The notes under the pieces were generated by a model. That model worked only from the letters and a program-made list of their open reading frames with translations, was not told where the DNA came from and searched no databases. 64,000 nucleotides of DNA from the NCBI GenBank assembly GCA_038087875.1, contig CM075989.1, forward strand, positions 16,556,001 to 16,620,000, written 5' to 3'. Of the stretch, positions 48,001 through 61,146 are shown one piece after another. The position numbers and the translations under genes were made by a program. Source of the stretch: Malacoraja senta (lineage: Eukaryota). Position 1 is the first letter of the stretch. Every line of letters begins with the position of its first letter.

Positions 48001-51000
48001 TAGTAATGGTCCTACAAATATTGATGTTGATCCTCTTCTTAAAAAGATATGTCAGTTTCAAGTTTTAATTTCCTTAAGCATGAATGTAATACAATATTTT
48101 CAAAACATTCAACTTTCACTAAGGGAATAAGAACATGCCTCTCCATCATTGAAGTATAATGTTTATTTCATATCTAATCAAATCCAATTAGGAAAATTTC
48201 TGAAAGGATAAAAAATTTCCTTGAAAATCCCAAATGGATTAGAAAAAGAATTCTCTGAGCACCAAGATCTTCAAAGAAACCCAAATGCACAGATTATTAT
48301 TTCATTGTGGTCAGGGCTCCACAAACAAACTTCTCTCAGCTGAGTTTAATTGGCCAACATTCTTTTCTGTTTTTAGTTCCAATAGCTCAAAGAAATAAAT
48401 TCCTTTTAAAGGAGTTTAAAAAAAATCTAAATTGTTAAAGCTTACTTCCAGCTATTAGATGTAGTGGGCCAGGAAAGATGATATGAGGAGAGAACCATTT
48501 GAGGGCAGCACAGTGGTGCCGCAAGTCAAGCTGCTGGCTCGCTGCTCTAGTGAACTGGGTTCGGAACTGACTTGCAATGCTGATGGAGTAAAATCTGCAT
48601 GTTCTCCCTGTGACCGCGGGGTTTCCTCTAGGTGCTCAGATTTCCTCCCACCATGCAAAAACACACGGGTGTAATCAGCCACTGGAAATTGCTCCAAATT
48701 TATCGGTAAATAATAGAATCCAGGAAACTTTGATGGGAGTGTGTGAGAGAATAACTTAGGTTAGGATTAGTGTAAAAATGGGAGGACAATAGTTACTGTG
48801 GACCCGTGAGCATGTTTCTGTGCTGCTTCCCTCCACGACTCTATAAGAAACAGAAAGTTGCCATAACTCTAGTTACCTTAACATAGGGCAGCACATTTCA
48901 AACTGAAACTATTTATTATCCATCAGGAATCATGACAGAGAAAAGTAAGAATTGAAAACACTGAGAAACTGCAATAAGAATAAATTCCCAAGAATACATG
49001 GGCTCTTTATTCTAATAGATTAAGATTTGCTCCAATGAAAAATAATCCAGGATTCCAATTTTATACTTTATGCTTTTAAGGTTAAAATTAAACTATTATT
49101 AAACATAGATTTTAGGTAAATACACTGGATGCAAATTTGAACCAAAGATGGATAAGGATGTAAATAACAATGCAAATTTTCCAAATAGTTATTAACATTA
49201 CAAAGCTATTGCAGAAGTACAAATAAATAAGTGTCAAAGTTCTGGAGCATTGTATGACTGATCAAGGTAAGTTATGTGGATCGGCATGAAGTCCCAACAA
49301 TTACACAGCTGGATTATTGGGTACATAATATCAAATCTAATTTAAACAGTTTCTCTGAAGCAGGGATGTGACCCAGTTGATCGATGAGAAAATGAAGTAA
49401 AGACATTAGCCTGAATGTTGCTTACACTATATTAACATGCGTCAGAACCACACGATTGACCTCACTGGATGAAAGTATTCCAATCAATTTCAGGGAGACA
49501 AACTCAAGTCTGAAACTTGAATCTTAAATTAAAACTCCTTTACAAAGGTATGCAGTACAAAATTGGCAAGAGAAATTAAGTTAAACTGCCTGGCAAATAA
49601 CCAGTGACAGAAGTGCAATTCCAACAAATTTGCATTCTATTGATGGCAGGGGATCCATCTGTGTTTAGGTTAGGTTTATTATTGTCACGTGTATCGAGGC
49701 ACAGCGAAAAGCTTTTTGTATGGTATTCAATCAAATCAGATAATACCAAACATAAATACCATCAAGCCAAGCACAAGTCCAATAGGTAAAGGAGAAGATA
49801 GTGTGCAGAATACAGTTCACAGCATTGTTGTGCATCAGTTCCATAGACAAAGTACAATGTCCGCAATGGGGTGGACGTGAATGGGACAGTACCCTAGCAT
49901 ATGGAAGGACCGTTCAAAAAGCCTGATAACAGATAAGATAAGTTAAGATCCAACTATATATCCTTGGGCTTCCACAGCTAACTTTATTACTGTGAACAAC
50001 TTGACTAACTTTCTCTTATCTTGCCTTCGGTAAGGAATCTGTTCTTCCTGTTTCTCTATCCCCATGCACCTACTGTAATAATGCTATTTTTCACCAAAGA
50101 CAGACACAAAATAGACCCAAAACATCACCCATTCCTTCTCTCCTGAGATGCGGCCTGTCCCGCTGAGTGGTTTCGGGTCGAGAACTGTAAAGAAGTGTTA
50201 TCGAGGCACTGTAACTTTACTTCTTTTATTCATACTGCAGCATTACAGAGAGCACTAGCTGTACGTGGTCTGTCACGGAAACTAGAGAGCGATATGTGGG
50301 TGGGGAGATTGTAATTATACTTGTGATATGGGGAGTGGTTAGTACTGATGAGGTAACTATATTAAAGGCACATGCATATCTCATCTACAAGAACCTTCTT
50401 CAGACTGTTTCTTCTCTCGTTCTCTGCAACTCAAACTTTATTTTGCTCCTAACTTGTTCCAGTTCTGGCAACATCTCATCGAGCTGAAACATCAACTTTA
50501 TTACTGTTTCCACTATTTACAGCATATTCTGTTATATTTTTAAAAGTCTCTCCCCCCACCTCTGCAGTATCCAGCATGTGAAAGAGACAGAATGAGATTA
50601 AAACAAAAGGTTTTTCAAAGTAAGAGGGTTTAGGATTGAGCAAATTTGGTAAAACAGAAAATAAATGCAGCATTGGTATTCAATGGAAGGAGAGAGAAAA
50701 AAAAACAGGGAACCACAGCGCAGTGAGCCTAACATCTGTTGCTGGGAAAATATGGAAATTCATTACTAAAGAGGCAACAACAGAGCACTTGGGAAAGCAT
50801 AAAATGATTTTATTGCAAAAGAAATCATGTTTAGTATATTTATTTGAGCATTTGAATCAGCAGGATATATAGAGGAACCAGTGGGTGTATTGGTTTGAAT
50901 TCTAAAAAGCACTTACTGTGCCACATAAAAGGAACAGATTCAGAGTCATAGAGCAACACAAACAGAAACAGACCTTTTAGTTCAACTTGTCCATGTTGAC

Positions 51001-53269
51001 CAAGTTGCCTAATTGAGCTTGTTCCACTTGTCTACTTGCCAATAACCCTCCAAACCTTTCCCATTGATGTAACACCCCAAGTGTCTTTTAAAAGTTGTAA
51101 TTGTACCTGCCTCTACCACTTAGCTCATTCCATGTATGCACCATCCTCTGTGTAAAACATGAGGATGAGGGCGATATATTACTGTGAAAAGACGACTGCT
51201 CATTAAGCACGGAACAATAGGGATAAAATGGTCATTTTCAAGTGAGTAAACTGCAACCTATAGAATGCATCAGTGCTGCGGCCTGACAATTTACAATCTC
51301 ATTCATGTCTTAGAAGAGACCAAACATAATGTATTGAACACACTCTAGGCCACTCTTCTATCTCCACCTTATGGCACCTTCCCAGTTAACACCTGCCCTT
51401 TTGCCCCATTGCTTTCCACCATCTTGGATTCCAACCATTGGGTGGATAATTTTCCAATTAGGCACGTTACAATCCTCTAGACTTATCAGTGAGGATAACA
51501 ATTTTTAGATAACCCCTATTTATTCACAAACCCCTATTTATTTATCTTCAGCTCAGCCAACGTCGGTCACATTATCCGGACAGGCGGCGGGGGATCAGGA
51601 GCTGATGTGAGGCATCGGCGATGCTCTGGAATCCTAGCCGGCCACCGCCGAGCAGCGGGGTCGAGGAGGCAGTACCCGAGAGGTGAGCGACCCGCAGTAG
51701 CTGGTACCCCTCCACACGCCGCTGGAAGAACTGATACCTCTACTCCCCGAGTCGGGCGCTGCATCCTCGACCCCGCTGCTCGGCAGCAGCTGGCTAGGAT
51801 TCCAGAGCATCGCCGAGAATGTATAGAATTCTAAAGCATGTATAGCATTCTAAAGCATACACAAATAAGTTGGTGCAGTAATTGTTTCCATTACATATGA
51901 TTAAAACTAAAATGGCCCGAGGGAACTATTTTTAAAAGTGAGATTAATCACAATTAATGCTTAAAATTACTTGACAGCTCTATAATTTACAAAGCAACAA
52001 GGTTAGTGCATACTGCTTGCAATTGGCTTTTATTCCATGTGTGAATGAGCCAACCTGCAACTGAATATACAGTTATGAAAAAAGAATATTCACAATCCTT
52101 ACGTAACACAGAAATTTGAATTAGTATAATTAATGAAACCATATCTCAGTGCGTGATGATTTAGCGCTTGAGATAAACTTATCACCTTAAAATAAAAAAA
52201 GAGCATGCACGAGGGTCAGATTTTCATGAAATCTGTCTTTCCAAACTAAAAGCCTTGTTTTTTTTATAATGAAATGTCAAGAACAGAAACAAGTATTCAG
52301 TCAAACTGTTATTTGTATTAAACCTCTGGAGGAATAGTTGTTTTTCTTTTTGTTCCAAAGCAAGTAACTACCTGGATATCATCGTGAAAAGATTTGGCAA
52401 ATACATTATATTTCCATTATTTCATTCCAACCTCCACCATGGAATTCTGACAATCTGCTTTTTGATCAATATTACCAGCCCTGCTTAGTTCTCTGTATGA
52501 CCTGTGAAGAACGAATTGCTGAGAATAAATACATCATCTTTTCAATGCTCTGTTTGCAGCTTGATCTCTCCTCATTTCTTCAATCCCACCAAATGCCCAA
52601 TTTCTACTTAATAAATAGTGTTTGCTCTCATAATGCAGTATTTTCTTCATTACTTGGCTTCATCTCATCCAGTTATTTGCTCAGCCTGTTTTTGAAGACT
52701 GATGAAGTACACATAGAAATGGCATGTATAACTGGGGAATCATATCACAAAGACACACAATTGTCAATCCCCAGTTTATATTGCAGTGAGACGTACATAA
52801 TGGGAAAATATAATGTTATTTCCTGCGAACCAAGATTTGTAATCAAGCTATCCTGTTCATCTATTTTCCATGTCCCAGATTTAGTTTTATCCACGATATG
52901 TTGTCTCATACATCAATTCATACATCTTTACTCTAACATGGCTTCTTGTTAAAAATCTTTTTAAAATCCATCTGGGAAATTATCTTGAATCCACACACTG
53001 AGTGAATAAAAACAGAAAATGCTGCAAACATTCAGCAGGTCAGGCAGAATGTATGAAAAGAGAATCCGAGCTAATGTTTCAGGGCAAAGCTGTTTCATCA
53101 AAACTGAATAACTGAAACAAAAGAGATTGTTTTAAGTTGATAAGGATGGAAATGACAAAGTGAATATCTGTGTTAGGGTGAAGTCAGGGTTGCTTTGGTC
53201 AAATGAGTTAATGGCAGCAGTTCTCATGCAATTGTGCAACTGGAGATGGGAGACCTGTCCAACTTAACT

Positions 53270-53900
53270 CTTCCCAACATCAAGGGACCCAAACAGTATA
53301 CAACATATTACTTGCTCTTCCAATTATTGCAATGTGCTCTCGTTTGCGATGAATAAGGTAAATTCAAATTGAGCTATCACTTTGCAGAGCACCTGCACTC
53401 AGGATGCAGGAGTGAACCTGAGCTTCCTGTTGTTCACCATTATATTTCTCCAGCCCACACCCACACTAACTCTCAGACTGTGGCATCCTGTACTGTCACA
53501 ACGAAGTCTAACACAACCTTGAACAACAATAATTCATCTTCATATTCCATCTGGGCACATTGCAGCCTTCTGGACTTAACACCAAATTCTCCATCTATAG
53601 GTCACGCGTTCATGTCCGTATTGGAACTGATTATTTCTGCTCTAAGTCACACATCTGGGATATTGGCCCTGTTGTTCTCTCTCCGGTTGACAGACCTGGT
53701 GAATACATGCTGGCCTCAATCTATCATGGATATTCCCACCACTTCCTCCAACACGTCTAACATATTAGTTAGTTCGCTTTCCCAGTTTTGGCAAAGGGTC
53801 TTAGATCTTAAACAGTAACTTTGTTTTTCTTTCTTTAATTGCTGCCTCATCCAGGATTTTGTTTTTATTTCAGCTTAGCAGCATCTGCAGTTTTTCTTTT
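53270..53900 (+). mobile_element. Old Penelope-like element remnant (GIY-YIG C-terminal part and 3' end)
   Basis: HFAEHLHS...PELPVVHH...H and ..LQPSGLNTKF remnants, followed by a degenerate terminal repeat. A related terminal piece lies in opposite orientation near 53005-53120. Confidence 0.65.
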
Positions 53901-54202
53901 GATTTTCCACAAAGGAGGACTTGACGATATCCATCAAGAGAAAATTCAGCTATCATCCCCTGATGTTCAATGACATTACCATCAATGAATCCCTCACAAT
54001 CAATATCCTGGGGGTTACCAATAACCAGAAACTGAATGGGAGTAACCACTACACAATGTGGCTAAAAGCAGGTTAGAAGTTAGGAATCCTGTGGCAAGCA
54101 ACTTCACTTCTAACTGCTTGAAGCCTGTCCATCATCTACAGGGCTCAATTAGGAATGTGATGAAAATCTCTCCACTTGCCTGAGTGCAATTTCAACACTT
54201 AA

Positions 54203-54825
54203 AGGGTCTGTCCCACTTGGGCGTCATTTGCGCCTCATTTACCCGTCATGTAGAAAATTGGTCGACGTGCCGTGACGCGCGGGGGTTGCGTGGGTGACGC
54301 ACGCATAGCGCATGGTGAGGCGTGGAATCGCATGTAGTGGCGTGCGGTATCGCGCGGCGCTCCAGGATTTGACGCATTGGCTACGCACGCTGACGCATTG
54401 GCTTTGCACGCTGTATCGCGTGGTGATGCATGGTTACGTCATCGTGCATCAACGTGCATAAACATGCGCCGCCCATACGCAGTCGGCCCGCCTTTTACGC
54501 CATGTAACCTCTAACCTCATCCACACAGACCTCTTCCTGGGTTTCTTGCTAGCCTTTCTTGTCGTACTTCTGCCTGGCTGATCTGTAAGCATGAGGGCTG
54601 CTGCTAACAGAAGTCTCTGTTGTTGCTGTAGCAATAAAATGTTTAGTTCTTCCATGATGGTCATGATGCAGAATAGGGAAGCAGGGTATTCTAATGACGT
54701 CACGCGCACCAGACGGCTGTACTGACGCACAATGATGCGTGATTTGCGTGTCACAGTCGCGCGTCAGTCACTACCGGCCTGTCGCGTAAATGACGCGCAA
54801 ATGACGCCCAAGTGGGACAGGCCTT
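54203..54825 (-). mobile_element. Non-autonomous PIF/Harbinger-like element with TAA TSD, inserted in an old LINE fragment
   Basis: AGGGTCTGTCCCACTTGGGCGTCATTTGCGC ... GCGCAAATGACGCCCAAGTGGGACAGGCCTT, with TAA at 54200-02 and 54826-28. Confidence 0.85.
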
Positions 54826-56196
54826 TAAGAAGCTCGACACCATATATGACATGGCAGTCCACTTGATAAGCACCCATCCACAGTCAATAACACTGATGAA
54901 CAACAGTAGCTGGTTACACCAGCAACTGGATGTATGACAGCAACCCAACAAGACTCCTGAGACAATATCTTCCAAAGGCATGATCTTTACTAGCTAGAAA
55001 GCCAAGGGTGGCAAAAGCATGAGAACGCTGACTATTATTCACCTCTAAGTTACGCTTCAAGCCACACATCTGCCAACTTGGAAATATATGGCTGTTCCAT
55101 CACCTCCAATGAATAAAAATCCCTCCATAACAGCATCGTGGGCATACCCATACCTCAAGGACTACAAATAAAATCAAAACACCAGGCTTTTCATTCATGT
55201 TGTCTATTCAATGACAGACATCTACTTTGAGTTCTGAAGGCCAGGAACGCGATGAAGGTCAGCCATTTCTCACACCTGACATCTCAGCAAAAGCTGGAGG
55301 TGATGACAGCCAAGCCTTCCAGGCAAAATTTTATATCTTGTTTTTCTGCTTCGTGCAATTTATGCCTGCACTTGAGAAAGAATGCAGTCATGAAGTTTTT
55401 TTTAAACATATTAAATTGCGAAAAGTTCACTGTTGACAAAAAATACATGTTTTGGTCACTGAAAGACATATTTAAAGGCAACATAATCAGTTGTTTTTTT
55501 TTCCACATGATTAACATGTTGGAAGATAAATTACAGAAGTTTAAAGGGAGGCTTCAGAGCATTCATTTTTAAATGTGGTTTCTTTTAAGTTCAGAAGATA
55601 AGGCCAACATGGAGAAACAGAACTAAAGTGTTTTTGTAAATTATTACTCCCAAGAATTAGAAAACAATCTTTTGGTTAACTCAAATATTGAATTCTGCAG
55701 ATACGCTGACTATTATTCACCAGAAATGAGTAAGATTAGCAAATAAACTATTAACCTCAAGATCCTCACAAACCAAGAGATTATAGATAGAACAAGTAGT
55801 ATGATGCAAGGAGAAGGATTAGCCACAAGGACCTAATCATCTAAGTTTTCAGGTCCTTCACAGAACATAATCTCAATCTTGGGAGCACTATTTTTGGACA
55901 GAACCATCACTTCAATGGGAGTAAGCTCGGGCACCTGGGCCTATTACCAACCTGTTGCATGCAGTGGCAAACAACCGCTGTCTACCTTGTCCTGCAAGCG
56001 GAAGGCAGGTATATTATAGTGTTGTGTGATGTGTTTGATTGACTGGCCAACAGTGGTTAAACAACTGGTAGCAAGTACAAATTAAGATGGCTTGCAGGTG
56101 TGGGTGAAGTGAAGCATATGCATGACAGACTTGAACAATCACTGACAGAAAACAGTTGTGGGTGAGTGACTAATGGGTTGGGGAGGCAATGAGTGA

Positions 56197-57020
56197 TAGT
56201 CATAGAGTGATACAGTGTGGAAACAGGCACTTCGGCCCAATTTGCCCACACCAGCCAACATGTTCCAGCTACACTAGTCCCACCAGCCTGCGTTTGGTCC
56301 ATATACCTCCAAACCTGTCCTATCCATGTACCTGTCTAACTATTTCTTAAATGTTGGGATAGTCCCTGTCTCAATTACCTCCTCTGGCAGCTTGTCCATA
56401 CACCCACCACTCTTTGTGTGAAAAGGTTACCCCTCAGATTCCTACATCTTTTCCCCTTCACCTTAAACCTATGTCCTCTGGTCCTCGATTCCCCTCATCT
56501 GGGCAAGAGACTCTGTGCATCTACCCGATCTATCCATCTCAGGATTTTATACACTTCTATAAGGCCACCCCTCATCCTCCTGTGCTCCAAGGAATAGAGT
56601 CCTAGCCTACTAGGACTCTATTCCTTGGACGACAGATGGCGCAATGGGCTAAGTGTTCGGCTGGCAACCGGAAGGTAGCCGGTTCGAATCCCGCTTGGGG
56701 TGCATACTGTCGTTGTGTCCTTGGGCAAGACACTTCACCCACCTTTGCCTGCGTGTGAATGCGTGTGAATGTGTGTGAATGTGTGTGAGTGATTGGTAGT
56801 GGTCGGAGGGGCCGTAGGCGCAGATTAGCAGCCACGCTTCCGTCAGTCTGCCCCAGAGCAGCTGTGGCTACAGAAGTAGCTCACCACCACCGAGTGTGAC
56901 TGAGGAGTGAATGAATAATGCGATGTAAAGCGCCTTGAGTATTAGAAAGGCGCTATATAAATCCCATCCATTATTATTATTATTATTACAACCTCTCCCT
57001 ATAGCTGACCCTCTAGTCCT
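56197..57020 (-). mobile_element. CR1-type LINE 3' end, interrupted by a SINE
   Basis: Same sequence family as 62465-63200. Continues as caacctctccctatagct after the SINE tail. Confidence 0.8.
56627..56988 (+). mobile_element. Young tRNA-derived SINE with an L2-like 3' end and (TTA)n tail
   Basis: A box TGGCGCAATGG, B box GGTTCGAATCC, core gttgtgtccttgggcaagacactt, and 3' tgtaaagcgccttgagtattagaaaggcgctatataaat followed by (tta)n. Confidence 0.88.
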
Positions 57021-58195
57021 AGCTATAGTTGAATTGAATAATAAAAATCAGATTAAATAAAAATAGAAAATACAACAAACATTTAGTATGTCAGATAGCA
57101 TATATGGAAAGGTAAAGAATGAATGTTAAATCGGTTTCAATTTGCACAGATCTTGCCTGACCTGCTGAGCTTTCCAAGCATTTTCAGTTTTTATTTCATA
57201 TTTCCAGAAATTAAGAGGACTAAAACCTGACCAATCCCCAGACCTGTTAGTCTGCCCCCCATTGATCTAAAGGAATAGACTGCAGATTTAAACTGATGTA
57301 TTAGTGGGAGACACAAAATGCTGGAGTGATTCAGCGGGACAGGCAGCATCTCTGGAGAGAAGGAATGGGTGATGTTTCAGGTCGAGCCCCTTGATCTGTT
57401 ACATTCTGGAAATTAATCCCAACAGATTCAAAGATAATGAATATAACAATGCTACTTAAGAGAGTGAAAGAAAAGATGAAATGATGAACCATTTAACCTG
57501 ACAACAATTATCTGCCAAGTCCTATAAACTATCATTAAGGACAAGTTATCAGAACGTATTGCACCGTAAGGAGTCCGCTATTCCACTGAGCAGTAAACCG
57601 TTGAAGCTCACCAACCACCTGCCTTGAACCATACAGCTTCTTACATGTGGTCTGGGTACCTACAGTTGGATAATTGCTCCTTGTACAACAGTGCAGCCCA
57701 GTGGATAGCCTGGAAACCAACTGCATTCAAGTGATTAAAACAGTACAAGATGGTGCTTTCAGGAAACAATCTAACTGTTTGATTGAGTTAGGTTGTTGTT
57801 GCGCGGAAAATGATTGAATGAAAGCTCTGCAGCTGGGTTTCCAAAGCAATGCAAACTTGAAACGCTTGTTTCAAGCTTTTTAATCAAACATGATTTAATA
57901 TTAGGAACATTTGAAGGCACTGCGATGTACTTTGCAAATTTTACAAAACGTTCAATGTGCAAGGCAAAAAGCTGCAGATATTGGATATGTGAAATAAAGA
58001 CAGAAACTGTTGGCTTCTTCTTCTCCTTGCATCTTACTACTTGTTCTATCTATAATCCCTTTTGGTTTGCATGGTGCAACATGCATCCTTTATTTATCTG
58101 CTCCCTTTTACTTAGTATAGCTCCACCCATGCTATTCTCTTCTTTCCACAAATGGTGCCTGACCAACCGATAGGAATGTGGGGAAAATAAAAGGT

Positions 58196-58467
58196 CAAGT
58201 CAAGTCAAGTCAAGTCACATTTATTTATATAGCACATTTAAAAAACAACTCTCGTTGGCCAAAGTGCTTTACATTTGTATAAGAATAGTATAACAAACAA
58301 ACTACATACATATAGCCCTCGCTCAGAGGACGTCAAGAAAGGCTTGGGAGTACAGATGGGTTTTTAGTCTTGACTTAAAGGAGTCGATGGAGGGGGCAGT
58401 TCTGATGGGAAGAGGGATGCTGTTCCACAGTCTAGGAGCTGCAACCGCAAAGGCGCGGTCGCCCCTG
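58196..58467 (-). mobile_element. L2-like LINE 3' tip with (ACTTG)n tail and a 6-bp TSD
   Basis: caagtcaagtcaagt..atttatttatatagcacattt; aaaggt at 58190-95 and 58468-73. Confidence 0.7.
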
Positions 58468-58523
58468 AAAGGTGACTTTTGAGTCTATATAAAAAAATAA
58501 CACTTCTGTTTGCACTCATTTAC

Positions 58524-58609
58524 CTGCAGGTGGCCAGGCCTTGATATATCCAGTGCAATGTACCACTGAGTACTGCGACTCTCCTTCCTTCACAGGTCCC
58601 AAACCATTC
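58524..58609 (-). CDS. ARNT2: ARNT2 internal coding exon (86 bp; [28 protein letters not shown])
   Basis: cag acceptor and gtaaat donor. [13 protein letters not shown] is the ARNT-family end of PAS-A. Confidence 0.96.
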
Positions 58610-58865
58610 CTGTAAATACAAGAATGGATAACAGTTTCATTTAACTAGAATAAAAATGTAGTCAAAGTCATTAGTGTTTAATTGTCATATGTACCGACAA
58701 TGAAATTCTTACTTGCATAACTGTTATTTAATTCTTACTTGCATAACTGTTATTTAAATGATGAAATAAAGGAATGTACAGAATCAGTAGATTTTCGTAT
58801 GCATCTAAATGGTTGTTTATACTTGATGTTCAAATATGTACGATTAATAAATATGTATGAATTAC

Positions 58866-58931
58866 CTGTATCTTTTTCGAAGAACAGTCAGTCGACTTAA
58901 TGAAAGGTGTTCCAGAGGAGCTGTTCCATAC
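58866..58931 (-). CDS. ARNT2: ARNT2 internal coding exon (66 bp; YGTAPLEHLSLSRLTVLRKRYR)
   Basis: cag acceptor and gtaat donor on the minus strand. The peptide resembles the ARNT2 PAS-A region as I recall it (CGNAPLDHLPLNRITTMRKRFR). Phase fits the next exon. Confidence 0.9.
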
Positions 58932-60129
58932 CTGCATTAAAATGTCATTTATAGTTAATCGTTGCTAACATGTAAACAGTGCTTTTATATTTTCGGCTGT
59001 CTGAATAACTATAGCCAATTTAACACTTTTGTAGATCAGATTTCTTACCAGCCATTTTCATTTGGGCAAAATGAAAATTCCCATGAGGAAGCTAATGCTT
59101 CCAATGTCATGAAATATAAGCAAATGTAAAAAAGATGTAATCATGTACAACAGGGTGGGTACTAAAATGTACTACTAGTTCTTCAACTGAAATCTCCCAG
59201 AATAGTCAATATGTTCTCCAGAACACTTTCAATCAACAAGCAGCATGATATAGAACTCTTAACAACGAGCTTCACCAACCTGTGTTTCATCAACATATCA
59301 AGCCAAGAAGGAAATCTAAAAGTAGTATATTGTTTTGTAAGGAAATGATACTTGAGGGGGCTTTAACGAGTAGACTAGCAGCAGAGATCTACAGGAGTTC
59401 CAACCATGAAATCAATGTCCTTGACCATACTGAGATTAAAATGAATGCATAAGAGGCTAGACTAGAGAACTGCAGGATGCAAGAGAGCACAATGGCAAAT
59501 TATCTCTTCCAAAGAAAGCCAGTTCACACCCACACCAGACACAGAGACAGAGACACAAAAAGTAATTACAAGACAACAAATGTGATTGTTGCATTTTATC
59601 TTCTGGAATAAAGTTACAAGAAACAAAAGAATATCCCGGTCAACAGGAAAGTGCCCCGTCTTCACCTGGAGCTGAATCAGACTCGAGCAGAGGGTGCACC
59701 TCCAAGTGGGACACCAGGACAACCAAACAGTAGGAGTGGAATGAACTCTAAAACTCCTTAGCATGCAAGAAACAGAAGTAAAAAGTTTGAATAACTTCAT
59801 TTTTCTTTTTTTTTCACATTGATGAACTGTATGTAGACTTAAAGGGACTAATAGAATAGTTTATTAAATTATAAATTGGAGCCCAAACAAAAGGTTAAGT
59901 GGCATTATAGTGAATAAAGTAGACCTCTTTTAGCTTGGTCTGGGAGCCAGGCAAATTCCATAATGTCAAACATGCACTGCTTAGAGGAAGTCTGGGATGT
60001 GGTTAATTTGTTTGCATTTCCACATTTCTCAACAGGAGGGATTTGGAAATATTGACTGCATGACTAATTTTTTTTGTCCAAAGATTTTATATAAAATAAA
60101 ATGGATGCCTTCATTATGCCAGCATGGCT

Positions 60130-60510
60130 CGGTGGGAACGATGGCAGCAGCACTCTTGTCTCAGCCAGAAGGTCACGGGATCAAGCCCCACCGCATGACT
60201 TCAGCACATAATCCTGGATAACTATCCATGCAGTGCTGGGAAAGTGCTCCTCTACTGGGTGTGCCATGTATCAGATGGAACATTAAGCTATTTATTTAGC
60301 TGGACAGAAGAAAACCACATTAATCAAAGACCAGGAAGCTCTTCCTGTGTCCGGTCCAACATTTATCCCTCTACTAATATACACATTGATGTCCATGGGA
60401 ACTTGGCTGCTGAATAATAGTAACCAAGTTTCAGGTAAGTACTTAATTTTACTGTGAAGTGTGACAAGATGTATTTAATGTATGAAAGGCAGCATATAAA
60501 TGTGACCTTA
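60130..60510 (+). mobile_element. Deu-domain SINE (SacSINE/AmnSINE-like), old
   Basis: cagaaggtcacgggatcaagcccc..gacttcagcacataatc..cagtgctgggaaagtgct..tcagatggaacattaa, and tail gaaaggcagcatataaatg. Confidence 0.6.
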
Positions 60511-60827
60511 TATTTTTTCTAGTTGCAAAAAATCTGATTTGACAAATATTAATTAAGGAACAATGAACGAAAGATGTACATTTACATAGATGTATTTCTT
60601 CATTCATTCATTTTCTGGGATGTGTGAATGGTTGAAAAGGCCACTGAAAACATCCTCCTAGAGGTGACAATGTCTACCTCAAACCCAGAGAATCGCACAG
60701 CTCTTTGACAACACTACCTCCTACCCCATTTCCGCTATGGACTTCCCTCAAGGAGGTGGTTGTGAGCCACCTTCTTAAACTCTACCATCCTTCTGGTGAA
60801 GAGTTCTAGGATTTTGACCAGTGACAA

Positions 60828-61146
60828 TTTGTGGAGTCCAGAACCAGGGGTCACAGTTTAAGAATAAGCGATAGGCCATTTATGACTGAGATGAGGAAAA
60901 ACCTTTTCATCCAGAGAGTTGTGAACCGGTGGAAATCTCTGCCACAGAAGGCAGTGGAGGCCAATTCATTGGATGTTTACAAGATAGAGTTAGATTTAGC
61001 TCTTAGGGCTAAAGGAATCAAGGAGCAATTGGGAAAAAGCAGGAATGGGGTACTGATTTTAAATGATCAGCCATGATCATATTGAATGCAGTGCTGGCTC
61101 GAAGGGCCGAATGGCCTACTGCTGCACATATTTTCTATGTTTCTAA
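60828..61146 (+). mobile_element. CR1-type LINE 3' end (relatives at about 28420-28630 and 45160-45460 on the minus strand)
   Basis: ESRTRGHSLRI...FIQRVVNRWKSLP, then ...gaagggccgaatggcctact...tttctatgtttcta tail. Confidence 0.8.

Noticed and set aside
56633..56700. tRNA gene
   Set aside because: The A and B boxes belong to a SINE head followed by a SINE body and tail; there is no convincing cloverleaf or terminator.
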